A DNA stretch of 28,751 nucleotides from an uncultured Bacteroides sp. (GTDB taxonomy: Bacteria; Bacteroidota; Bacteroidia; Bacteroidales; SM23-62), in assembly GCA_965603745.1 (NCBI GenBank), contig CBFDEE010000001.1, forward strand, positions 1-28,751. The letters run 5' to 3'. Positions 17,448 through 25,922 of this stretch are shown here, one piece after another (the stretch's first letter is position 1; every line of letters starts with the position of its first letter). The notes beneath the pieces were generated by a model. The model ran no database searches. It had not been told where the DNA came from and saw only the letters and a program-made list of their open reading frames with translations. The translations under genes were made by a program, and so were the position numbers.

Positions 17448-17626
17448 AATTCAAACTATTGTAAAGCGTCGTTTTATTTATGCTGGTAAAAATCCAATGC
17501 AATTATAAAGTTAGTAATGATTTTCAATTCAAGCACCTGCCCGGATCGTTTCATATACACTTTGATATAAAAAACACAACATCTGTAAAGTATTAATCTA
17601 GAGGGGTTTCTGAAAAAGAGGAAGTG

Positions 17627-17642
17627 GTCCAGCCGGGATCAC
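17627..17642 (+). repeat. attR-like partial duplicate of the tRNA-Arg 3' end
   Basis: 15/16 match to 14838-14853, including a perfect 11-mer GCCGGGATCAC. Confidence 0.7.
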
Positions 17643-17667
17643 AAAATTGCCTTAAAACAAAAAAGAA

Positions 17668-17688
17668 GCTCAATAAGTTTCATTGAGC
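17668..17688. terminator. Hairpin just outside the islet right junction
   Basis: GCTCAAT-AAGTTTC-ATTGAGC, preceded by an A-rich run. Confidence 0.4.
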
Positions 17689-17985
17689 CTCTAAATATCT
17701 ATCACTACCGGTCACCGATCTGCAGTATACCTGAAAAATAAGGCAGGCAGTATTAGAAACAGTTCTGTAATATCCGAAAAGACCACCAGGGCGCCTGCCT
17801 TTCGTAGTTTCAATCATTAGGAATGGCCCGTTAGAAAACCAAACTGAAGTGAAAGAAGGGAATACGAAATTCAATAAATACTTTGAACTGATGAAAGTGT
17901 CGCTTAACTTTATTCACCCCTTTCCTTTGTCCTAAGATTACATAAACTGTCATTCATTTCGGAGACCACTTATAAAACTATAACC

Positions 17986-18117
17986 ATGACATTATTAAGC
18001 AAGTTTTTAGAAGTTAAGTTCAGGATAATATTTCTTGTAATTTGCTTGTGTTTGATATCAATAAATAGTGCCGCGAAAGGGGAATGGATAAATCAAACCA
18101 TGGTAAAATCTGAATAA
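17986..18117 (+). CDS. Possible 43-aa small membrane protein or truncated secreted protein
   Basis: MTLLSKFLEVKFRIIFLVICLCLISINSAAKGEWINQTMVKSE*; signal-peptide-like, with an A-rich leader. Confidence 0.25.
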   Translation: MTLLSKFLEVKFRIIFLVICLCLISINSAAKGEWINQTMVKSE

Positions 18118-18165
18118 CAGTATACTAATACAAGGATCTTATACTATTAACAAATATATTCTATC

Positions 18166-18936
18166 ATGAAACCATCACTGAAATTTGTTTTTATTGCCTT
18201 TGCAGCAGCAATCCTTTTAACCGGCTGCGGAACTTATCCCCCCACTTCACTTTCAATGGAAGTTAAAGAAGTCCGGCCGGGCATCCTGGAAGGGTATCTT
18301 TCTGCGAATGAACTTCCCAACAGCCTTACACTCGTATCTCCCCCTCCCGAGGAAGGATCCATTGCTTTTCAGCTGGACCAGGAAATTGCAGCGAAATATG
18401 TTGCACTTGAGGATGAGGCAAGAAAGGAGCAGGCAGCACATGATGCCGTGCTGGCGTTCCCTGACGCAGTGGAAGCTTTCAATATAGTACTGGAAACCAG
18501 GATATCGGAAGATACCACCCCCCATTTATATATGATCCTCCGCAGAACGCTTGCCGATGCAGGACTGTCAACCTATATGGCGAAATATCATTATCAGCGT
18601 CCCCGTCCCTTTATGATGAATGAGGCCCCTACCTGCTCTCCGGAGGAAGAGGACCATTTACGGGAAGACGGCTCTTATCCTTCGGGACATACAGCCATAG
18701 GATGGGCATGGGCGCTGATACTGGCCGAGGTATTCCCCGGGCAGGCTGATGTGATTCTGAAAAGAGGTAAAGAATTCGGCATCAGCCGGAATGTCTGCAA
18801 TGTGCACTGGCACAGCGATGTGGTTGCCGGACGGATGATGGGTGCCGCAGCCGTGGCGAAACTGCATGCAAACGAACAGTTCCTGATTGACATGCAGGCA
18901 GCCAAAAAGGAAATTAATAAACTTAATATGGAATAA
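18166..18936 (+). CDS. PAP2-family class A non-specific acid phosphatase, predicted lipoprotein
   Basis: Lipobox LLTGC, KYHYQRPRP (Kx6RP), SYPSGH and SRNVCNVHWHSD (SRx5Hx3D). Confidence 0.92.
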   Translation: MKPSLKFVFIAFAAAILLTGCGTYPPTSLSMEVKEVRPGILEGYLSANELPNSLTLVSPPPEEGSIAFQLDQEIAAKYVALEDEARKEQAAHDAVLAFPDAVEAFNIVLETRISEDTTPHLYMILRRTLADAGLSTYMAKYHYQRPRPFMMNEAPTCSPEEEDHLREDGSYPSGHTAIGWAWALILAEVFPGQADVILKRGKEFGISRNVCNVHWHSDVVAGRMMGAAAVAKLHANEQFLIDMQAAKKEINKLNME

Positions 18937-18938
18937 TC

Positions 18939-19186
18939 ATGGGCAAAACACTTTCGCTGATTTTTGCATGACTGCTTATAGCAGGGGTGAAATCTTATGC
19001 CCAGGAATCAACGGATGACCTTGCAAGGCAGACAGCCAACCCGATCGCCGAACTGATGAGTTTTCCGTTCCAGAATTCTCGAACGAGACAGGAGTATATT
19101 CATCCGGGCTGAGTGATATAATATTTACTGCCTTCTATGTGCCGGCGGACCAGAAAGTAATGTGGGGTGTCGGGCCCGTATGGTAA
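18939..19186 (+). pseudogene. Remnant of an outer-membrane 'transporter'-type protein (family often misnamed neuromedin U)
   Basis: MGKTLSLIFA*LLIAG..AQESTDDLARQTANPIAELMSFPFQN, then after a frameshift SGLSDIIFTAFYVP...MWGVGPV*. In-frame TGA at 18969. Confidence 0.6.
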
Positions 19187-19255
19187 TGGAGGTTCCATGT
19201 CCAGATACTCCTGCCGAAAACCATTTTCTTAAAAAATAGTCAGCAGGATCCCAGA

Positions 19256-19315
19256 GCAGTATTCAGCTTTTACTTATCCGTGATCGATCCGATGGGAACC
19301 ATACCTGTATATATG
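19256..19315 (+). pseudogene. Possible remnant of a MarC-family gene N-terminus
   Basis: Translates to AVFSFYLSVIDPMGTIPVYM, resembling the MarC AVIDPxGxxPVF motif. No in-frame start; it runs into the end of the convergent YkuD gene. Confidence 0.4.
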
Positions 19316-19320
19316 CGGGC

Positions 19321-19887
19321 TCACTTTTGTATGATTACCAGGGTACCGGTTTGAACATACGGATAAAAATCATTAATGTCCCCGTTCTTCAGTGAGATGC
19401 AGCCAAGGGTCCAGTTCATTCCTATATCAATCATCTCATCTGCACCCGCAGGAACGCCATGGATCCCGATCTCCCCGCCGATGGATGCCGATTCTTCGAT
19501 AATGCCGTCCTGCTTTGCCTTTCTGTGCTTCCGCCATGAATCCTCCGTCGGATAATCTATCCATATGAATTTATCCCAGGAACAGTGGGGATATTTTGTG
19601 CGGACCCTGAACCGGCCCTCGGGTGTACATTGGTCACCTTGGCGCAGCTTGTCATCCACCGGATTTCCTCCGAATACCACGGGGTACTGCTTAAGAACAA
19701 GGGTGTCTGCCATAACAGACAGAACATAATCACTTTTATCTATCAGGATGCGGATTTCCTTCCCGCTAATGGACATGGAGTCAATCAGAACCTGGAGCTG
19801 AAATGAATGGTTCTTTAAGTTGGACTGCGAATGCCCGCAGCAGGTGAACATCGCCAGGACGCAGAATGCAGAAAAGATTGACCTCAT
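19321..19887 (-). CDS. YkuD-family L,D-transpeptidase-fold protein (YafK/DpaA-like)
   Basis: K.RQGD.CTPEG, IDYP, GGEIGIHG and WTLGCISL (His/Cys catalytic pair). Confidence 0.88.
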   Translation of the reverse strand: MRSIFSAFCVLAMFTCCGHSQSNLKNHSFQLQVLIDSMSISGKEIRILIDKSDYVLSVMADTLVLKQYPVVFGGNPVDDKLRQGDQCTPEGRFRVRTKYPHCSWDKFIWIDYPTEDSWRKHRKAKQDGIIEESASIGGEIGIHGVPAGADEMIDIGMNWTLGCISLKNGDINDFYPYVQTGTLVIIQK

Positions 19888-20039
19888 ATTAAAATAACGA
19901 AGATTTTATACGGTTAATATACGAGATCGGAAAAGAGGTTAATTTCGAAATAGTATATAAATATTTGTCATACCCCCCTAAAAGGACACCTTGATATGAA
20001 AATATATATAAATAAAATTGCATGAATCTAATAAAAACA

Positions 20040-20047
20040 TACCTTTG
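20040..20047 (+). promoter_or_regulatory. -7 element TACCTTTG for amt-glnK
   Basis: Exact TAnnTTTG match; ATTG at 20017-20020 sits at a 19-nt spacing as a candidate -33. Confidence 0.55.
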
Positions 20048-20091
20048 ATGAAAATAAATATACTGTTTTAATAATTATAATAAAACGAGCT

Positions 20092-21426
20092 ATGAAAAAT
20101 CCTTCTGTAAAGATTCTGGTCTTTGGCCTTGCATTCAGCTTCCTGGGTGCAGGGAGTCTTTTTGCTTCAGATGGCAACGGGGTGGATACTGGTACAACCG
20201 CCTGGATGCTGACCTCTACAGCGCTGGTTCTTTTAATGGTACCGGGACTTGCGATGTTTTACGGTGGACTGGTACGGACCAAGAATGTCCTCGGAACAAT
20301 GATGCACAGCTTTGCCGCCATGGGTGTTATGGCTGTTTTATGGGTGGCTTTCGGTTATGCCATGAGTTTCGGTTCAAATGTGCTCGGAGGCTGGTTCGGC
20401 TGGAGCAGTGATTACTTTTTTCTGAAAGGGATCGATGAAACGATTATGGATGCCGGTGTCCCGGAATATGTTTTTTCCATGTTCCAGGGGAAATTTGCGA
20501 TCATTACACCGGCCCTGCTCGCAGGGGCCTTCGCGGAACGGGTGAGCTTCAAGGGTTACGTGGCATTCATTGCCCTCTGGGGGATCCTGGTTTATAATCC
20601 TCTCTGTCACTGGGTATGGGCCGAAGACGGTTTCCTCTTCAATATGGGAGCAAATGGAGCCATTGACTTTGCAGGCGGTACCGTGGTCCATATTTCTTCA
20701 GGGTTCTCGGGATTGGTTGCTGCCATTTACCTGGGAACAAGGAAAGGATATCCAAGAACGGCTATGCCGCCCAGTAACATGGCAATGACCATGATGGGAG
20801 CGGGACTTCTCTGGGTAGGATGGTTCGGGTTCAATGCAGGAAGCAGCGTTTCGAGCGGCCTCAGCACTGCCCAGGCACTGACCGCTACACAGGCTGCAGC
20901 TGCATCGGGTGCGATCATGTGGATCATACTGGAAGGTTTCCTCCGGGGAAAAGCAACGGCTCTTGGATTTGCCAGTGGAATTCTGGCCGGACTTGTGGCT
21001 GTAACTCCGGCTGCAGGAGTAGTTCAACCATATGGTGCGCTTATCCTGGGAGCATTTGCTTCCATAATGTGTTATGTGGCCATTACAATGAAAAACAGGC
21101 TTGGATACGATGACAGCCTGGATGCTTTCGGGATTCACGGGATTGGCGGGGTCGTCGGAGCTATCTTCCTGACCTTTTTTATCCGCCAGAGCTGGATGGA
21201 TGCAGCTGCTATCGCTGCAGGGGGAACATGGACTGTGATGCAGCAGCTCGGTGTACAGGTTACCGCAGTCCTGGTAGCCATTACATATGCATCCGTGCTG
21301 ACCCTGGTGATCCTGTTTGTTGTTCAGAAGGTCATTGGCCTGAGAATGAAGAATGCCGATGAGATGCAGGGCATGGATTTCTCGATACACGGTGAGCATG
21401 GATATGGAATGGTGAATGCCGGTTGA
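20092..21426 (+). CDS. amt: Ammonium transporter
   Basis: PGLAMFYGG, FQGKF, HWVW, DFAGGTVVH, WFGFNAGS and DAFGIHG (twin His present). Confidence 0.97.
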   Translation: MKNPSVKILVFGLAFSFLGAGSLFASDGNGVDTGTTAWMLTSTALVLLMVPGLAMFYGGLVRTKNVLGTMMHSFAAMGVMAVLWVAFGYAMSFGSNVLGGWFGWSSDYFFLKGIDETIMDAGVPEYVFSMFQGKFAIITPALLAGAFAERVSFKGYVAFIALWGILVYNPLCHWVWAEDGFLFNMGANGAIDFAGGTVVHISSGFSGLVAAIYLGTRKGYPRTAMPPSNMAMTMMGAGLLWVGWFGFNAGSSVSSGLSTAQALTATQAAAASGAIMWIILEGFLRGKATALGFASGILAGLVAVTPAAGVVQPYGALILGAFASIMCYVAITMKNRLGYDDSLDAFGIHGIGGVVGAIFLTFFIRQSWMDAAAIAAGGTWTVMQQLGVQVTAVLVAITYASVLTLVILFVVQKVIGLRMKNADEMQGMDFSIHGEHGYGMVNAG

Positions 21427-21465
21427 TATTCAAATAGGAGAGTATAAATACTAAATCTGAATAAA

Positions 21466-21810
21466 ATGAAACTGATAACAGCTATCATAAGAGAAAACAA
21501 AATTGACCTTGTCCGTGAGGCGTTGATCGATGCTGAGATCACCCGTATTACCGTAAGCAGGGTATCCGGACACGGGCAGCAGGTCAGGGAGCAAATCTAT
21601 CGCGGACAGTCGATTATTCCCAACCTGATCCCCAAGATCCGCCTTGAGATTGCGGTAAACGATGAGTTTGTTGATATCACCGTTGACACGATAATTAATA
21701 GTGCCAGGACCAATGAAAAAGGTGAACTGGGAGACGGCAAGATTTTCATCACACCCCTTGAGGAATGCATAAGGATTCGTACAGGGGAAAAAGGCGGTGC
21801 TGCGATATAA
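21466..21810 (+). CDS. glnK: P-II nitrogen regulatory protein (GlnK-type by position after amt)
   Basis: MKLITAIIR, YRG, PKIRLEIAV and GDGKIFI..EECIRIRTGEKG. Confidence 0.93.
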   Translation: MKLITAIIRENKIDLVREALIDAEITRITVSRVSGHGQQVREQIYRGQSIIPNLIPKIRLEIAVNDEFVDITVDTIINSARTNEKGELGDGKIFITPLEECIRIRTGEKGGAAI

Positions 21811-21845
21811 ACGATTTGCCGGGACAATTACGGAGTATAAAAAAC

Positions 21846-21881
21846 AAAACCTGGCAGGAACCCTTAACCTGCCAGGTTTTT
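21846..21881 (+). terminator. Rho-independent terminator of amt-glnK
   Basis: AAAACCTGGCAGG-AACCCTTAA-CCTGCCAGGTTTT(T), a perfect 13-bp inverted repeat. Confidence 0.85.
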
Positions 21882-22109
21882 AATGGAAATGAAAACCACT
21901 TTGTCAAAACCACTACCATTAAAAAACTCCTGCCAGAGAACCTGGCGAGATGTTTAATAACTGATTCAAAAATACCTAACTTTCCGAATGGTTCAGAAGC
22001 CAGAGCGGTGATGTAGATCATCATTTGAATTGATTTAAATTATTTCACCCCTGTACTAAACCTTTTTCTGCCCCAGGCAAACAGCATTGACATACCGGGC
22101 ATACCTCAC

Positions 22110-22142
22110 AAAAAAAAGGGAGCACCAAGTGATGCTCCCTTT
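22110..22142 (-). terminator. Rho-independent terminator of the exbB-exbD operon
   Basis: AAAGGGAGCA-CCAAGTGA-TGCTCCCTTT with an 8-A run on the left (U-tract on the minus strand). Confidence 0.85.
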
Positions 22143-22163
22143 AAATACAGATCATAATAAAGT

Positions 22164-22646
22164 TTATCGTAACAGTGCTTCATCCACTTTTTTACGGGAT
22201 GAATAGCTAATTTTCAAGGCACTGGCCTTTCTCAGCTCCTGTTTAACATCGGTAACGATACCCATTTTTGTATCCTTGTCAATCTTCAGTGAAACCGTCA
22301 TCTGCTTCTGGTCGTTTTCGTCCATCTGTTCCCTTTCACTTGTGACAAAGTCACGGATATCTTCCGGTGTTGCAAAGGCATCGTTCAACTGGATACGGGG
22401 TTCTGATCCAAATGTTTTCTGAAGTGCTCTGTGAGGTTTGCCGATATATATATAACTGACCAGTGATTTTTTCTCCAGCTTCTTGATCTCGGTAGCTTCC
22501 GGGACAATGACACCAACCTTGAGATTGGTTTCCCTCATAACGGTGGTTACCATGAAGAAAAACAGCAGCATAAATACAATATCGGGCAGCGATGCCGTGT
22601 TAATGGACTTGAGCTGCTTACCACCTGCTTTTTTGAATCTGGACAT
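22164..22646 (-). CDS. exbD: ExbD/TolR-family biopolymer transport protein
   Basis: INTASLPDIVFMLLFFFMV TM with the conserved Asp; KIDKDT.MG.V.DVK.ELR. Confidence 0.9.
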   Translation of the reverse strand: MSRFKKAGGKQLKSINTASLPDIVFMLLFFFMVTTVMRETNLKVGVIVPEATEIKKLEKKSLVSYIYIGKPHRALQKTFGSEPRIQLNDAFATPEDIRDFVTSEREQMDENDQKQMTVSLKIDKDTKMGIVTDVKQELRKASALKISYSSRKKVDEALLR

Positions 22647-22656
22647 AACTGAATAT

Positions 22657-23250
22657 TTATTTTGTTGTAACCCTTGGTTCGGCTTCTGAAATGGCCATCG
22701 GGTAAACCTTCTTTACCGCTGCTATCAGATCCTTTTCCGCTTCGTTAAGCGCGTCCAGGTCATCGTATTTCTTTCCGAATCTCTGCATGCAGAGCTCGTT
22801 CCTCAGTTCGTTTACTGCGGCGGCAAGTTCATTCTGAACGGCAATGTATTTTCCATAGGAGGTCCCGATGTCATTACGAAGCGATATTACCCCTTTAGAG
22901 ACTTCCATTTCACCGAAGAAATCAATTGTTAATGGTCTTTTCTCGGAGAGATCCGCATCATCGTTCGGATTAACAAAGAACTTCTTGGTCATCTCCTTCA
23001 ACTCGCTGATATCGACGATCTCCCTTTCCACAAAAAGCTGGTCGTCCTTATTGATCAGGACAACGAATACATTCCTTTCGCGGATTTCCGAGTCATCCTC
23101 CATCTCTTCATCTTCCGGCATTGGTGGAAGGAGACGGGATATGCCTGTATCAATATCCATTGTTGTGGCGACAAGGAAAAAAATCAACAGAAGGAAAGCA
23201 ATATCTGCCATGGATCCGGCATTGATCTCCTGTATTTCTCTTCTAGCCAT
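22657..23250 (-). CDS. exbD: ExbD/TolR-family biopolymer transport protein
   Basis: EINAGSMADIAFLLLIFFLV TM with the conserved Asp. Confidence 0.9.
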   Translation of the reverse strand: MARREIQEINAGSMADIAFLLLIFFLVATTMDIDTGISRLLPPMPEDEEMEDDSEIRERNVFVVLINKDDQLFVEREIVDISELKEMTKKFFVNPNDDADLSEKRPLTIDFFGEMEVSKGVISLRNDIGTSYGKYIAVQNELAAAVNELRNELCMQRFGKKYDDLDALNEAEKDLIAAVKKVYPMAISEAEPRVTTK

Positions 23251-23317
23251 GAATATTATTTTATATTTCTATTTATAAAACGAGTACCGGGACCTGATAA
23301 TTATCCCGGCCCCCATG

Positions 23318-23770
23318 CTACTTGAATAAATTTGCGATCGCTGAATAAAGGATCGCAACGATGGCCAGCACGCCAAGAATGTATGTAAAGATAAGGCTTG
23401 TACCAACTGTCTTCAGGGTTCCCGGAACATTATCGGGACCGGTATACTGAATCAGGTTCAGTACGGTATCGTCTGCTATAAAGTAGGATATAAGTATCAA
23501 TACAGCAGCTATTCCCAGTACGATGCCCGTGCTTTTAAGAGCTTTGGTATTACTGACCATGAACGCCAGCTGAAACACGACTGCAATGGCGAGTGTTATG
23601 ATCAGCAGTATATATGCCCATCGCAGGATGACCTCCGTAATAATCGGTTCCGCGGTAGATGTTCCCTCGGTTCCTTCTACGAAGCCTCCAAAAAAGAATA
23701 TACCTACAAGGACTAATGAAATGGCCATTAATCCCCAGAGGATATATTGGGATATCTTAAAAATCGCCAT
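23318..23770 (-). CDS. Four-TM membrane protein of the Bacteroidota exbB-exbD operon; function unknown
   Basis: 150 aa with four hydrophobic segments, co-oriented between exbB and exbD. Confidence 0.85.
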   Translation of the reverse strand: MAIFKISQYILWGLMAISLVLVGIFFFGGFVEGTEGTSTAEPIITEVILRWAYILLIITLAIAVVFQLAFMVSNTKALKSTGIVLGIAAVLILISYFIADDTVLNLIQYTGPDNVPGTLKTVGTSLIFTYILGVLAIVAILYSAIANLFK

Positions 23771-23775
23771 GATGC

Positions 23776-24627
23776 TTATTTTTTAAGGTTATGGTGCACC
23801 AGCAGGTCGATCAGTGTGATGGATGCATCTTCCATTTTATTGACGATGCTGTCGATCCTGGAAACAATGTAATTATAGAAAATCTGCAGGATGATGGCAA
23901 CGATCAGCCCGGATACGGTGGTAATCAAGGCTACCTTGATACCGCTGGCCACAAGCTGCGGAGAAACATCTCCTGCAATCTGGATGGAATCAAAGGCGGC
24001 GATCATACCGATAACCGTACCCATGAATCCTAACATAGGTGCAATCGAGATAAAAAGCTGGATCCAGGAAAGGTTCTTTTCGAGAAGACCCATCTGAACA
24101 CTACCATATGCAATTACAGATTTCTCTGCAACATCAATTCCTTCATGCGCACGGTCAAGTCCCTGGTAGAAAATACTTGCAATAGGTCCCCGTGTATCCC
24201 GGCAAACTTCCTTGGCCGCATCCACGCCGCCTGACGCCAGTGCTTCTTCTATTTTTTCCAATAGCTTGTCAGTATTGGTCGTTGACAGGTTTAGATAAAT
24301 GATCCTTTCAATGGCAAGTGCAAGGCCAAATATCAGGGTCAGTAATACAAAACCCATAAATGTGGCACCACCTTCAATAAAGAGTCTCTTGACCTGTTTG
24401 TGAAGGGACGTTTCTGGTTCAGCTTCACCGGTATCTTCTTCAGCAATGGCTGCAGTCTCTTCCATGGCAACCTCGGCATCAACAACCTCGGCATCAACAA
24501 CCGCAGTTGAATCCACCTGCTCCGCAGCAGGTTCTTCTGCTGCTTCAGGCTCCTGAGCAAAAGAAACGCTGGATGCCAGCATTGACAACATCCCGGTTAC
24601 AACTATAAGTGCAAATAACTTTTTCAT
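23776..24627 (-). CDS. exbB: MotA/TolQ/ExbB proton channel protein
   Basis: Signal peptide, acidic linker, ALAIERI, APMLGFMGTVIGMI and GIKVALITT. Confidence 0.93.
   Translation of the reverse strand: MKKLFALIVVTGMLSMLASSVSFAQEPEAAEEPAAEQVDSTAVVDAEVVDAEVAMEETAAIAEEDTGEAEPETSLHKQVKRLFIEGGATFMGFVLLTLIFGLALAIERIIYLNLSTTNTDKLLEKIEEALASGGVDAAKEVCRDTRGPIASIFYQGLDRAHEGIDVAEKSVIAYGSVQMGLLEKNLSWIQLFISIAPMLGFMGTVIGMIAAFDSIQIAGDVSPQLVASGIKVALITTVSGLIVAIILQIFYNYIVSRIDSIVNKMEDASITLIDLLVHHNLKK
24468..24502. repeat. 15-bp tandem repeat in the ExbB linker, encoding VVDAE-VVDAE-V
   Basis: CAACCTCGGCATCAA x2 plus CAACC. Confidence 0.85.
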
Positions 24628-24748
24628 GATCTGTTTTTTGATTAGTTATAAGATTAACGAAAATAATGATTCTTATTATATAATAGACGTTTAAAAACAA
24701 AAACTTTGCGTGCAGACTCAAACCCACACTCCATCACATGCTTTCATG

Positions 24749-24838
24749 CGGAGAGAGAGGGATTCGAACCCTCGATACCATTTCACATGGTATACACGCT
24801 TTCCAGGCGTGCGCCTTCGACCACTCGGCCACCTCTCC
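24749..24838 (-). tRNA. tRNA-Ser (anticodon GGA) with a long variable arm
   Basis: Minus strand: GGAGAGG..GGCCGAGTGGTCGAAGGC, CACGC-CTGGAAA-GCGTG, variable arm ATACCAT..ATGGTAT, GAGGG-TTCGAAT-CCCTC, TCTCTCC-G. Confidence 0.97.
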
Positions 24839-24889
24839 CGGAGTTAAAATTGAGGGCGCAAAATACAAAAAAAATAGATATGAACAAGC

Positions 24890-25918
24890 CTAGGAAATAG
24901 TTATTTCACCGTTAATCGACTTATTTAAAAGTAGTTTAATTTCGGGTACCGGAAGTTGCTGTCCAAGCAGGAACATCAGTTTGGTAATGGCCGCTTCCGG
25001 TGTGCTATCATATCCGCTTACGACACCTGCCTTGATCAGGTGTTCACTGGTCTCGTAACGCCCCATTTCGACACTGCCCTGGGAACACTGTGTGATATTA
25101 AGAAAAACAATCCCCGCATCATTCGCAGCCCTGATCTTTTCATAAAACCATGTATCTGTAGGCGCATTGCCGGCGCCGAAAGTTTCCAGAATGACCGCTT
25201 TAAGTCCGGGAGTCCCGAGTATGGCATCAAGGGTATTCCCGGAAATGCCCGGGAAGATCTTCAGGACAGCGATGTTGTTATCAAGCCTTGTATGGATCTT
25301 CAGTTTTGAGCCGGATTCTTTTTTGTATGTCCGTTCAGGATGATATTTAATGTGTACTCCGGACTCGGCCAGGGGAGGATAGTTTGGCGAACGGAAAGCG
25401 TTAAAATCCTCGGCATTGTGTTTTGTAGTCCGGTTGCCACGGAAAAGCTTAAATTCAAAGTAGATGCATACTTCAGGAATCAGCGGGTTACCGTCCTTTT
25501 CTGCCGCAGCGATCTCGATAGAGGAGATGAAGTTCTCCCGGGCATCGGTACGCAATATGCTGACAGGTAACTGAGATCCTGTGAAAATGACAGGTTTACC
25601 CAGGCCTTCAAGCATGAAGCTCAGGGCAGAAGCTGAAAAAGACATGGTATCTGTACCATGCAGTACGATAAATCCATCGTATTGATCGTAATTATCCTCA
25701 ATCAGCTTGGCTATTTTAATCCATGTTTCAGGCTTGATATTCGAAGAGTCTACAAGGGGATGGATGGTTACTGCTGTAAGGTGGTGGCCGAATTTTTCAA
25801 TTTCCGGGACATTCCTTCGGATCTCTTCAAAATCAAATGGGGACAGAGAGTTCTTTTCGGATTTGGTAACCATTCCGATGGTACCGCCGGTATAAATTAT
25901 AAGTATTGACTTCTGCAT
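24890..25918 (-). CDS. ansA: Type I (cytoplasmic) L-asparaginase
   Basis: [22 protein letters not shown] and RGNRTTK; no signal peptide. Confidence 0.95.
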   Translation of the reverse strand: MQKSILIIYTGGTIGMVTKSEKNSLSPFDFEEIRRNVPEIEKFGHHLTAVTIHPLVDSSNIKPETWIKIAKLIEDNYDQYDGFIVLHGTDTMSFSASALSFMLEGLGKPVIFTGSQLPVSILRTDARENFISSIEIAAAEKDGNPLIPEVCIYFEFKLFRGNRTTKHNAEDFNAFRSPNYPPLAESGVHIKYHPERTYKKESGSKLKIHTRLDNNIAVLKIFPGISGNTLDAILGTPGLKAVILETFGAGNAPTDTWFYEKIRAANDAGIVFLNITQCSQGSVEMGRYETSEHLIKAGVVSGYDSTPEAAITKLMFLLGQQLPVPEIKLLLNKSINGEITIS

Positions 25919-25922
25919 GGGA

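Larger units (their letters stand above)
14838..17642. mobile_element. Integrase-less AT-rich genomic islet at the tRNA-Arg 3' end
   Basis: Direct repeat GTCCCGCCGGGATCAC (14838-14853) vs GTCCAGCCGGGATCAC (17627-17642), 15/16 identical. Spot GC is 16/60 at 16321-16380 vs 37/60 at 12481-12540. Cargo includes a pseudogene. Confidence 0.72.

Noticed and set aside
17690-17930. Possible gene remnant right of the islet junction
   Set aside because: The plus-strand frames I translated by hand contain stops and no motif I can recognise, and the short minus-strand ORF in the track is also unrecognisable. BLASTX would be needed.
18969-18971. In-frame TGA as possible selenocysteine or recoding
   Set aside because: It falls in a signal peptide, no SECIS-like hairpin is evident, and the gene is also broken by later frameshifts and deletions.
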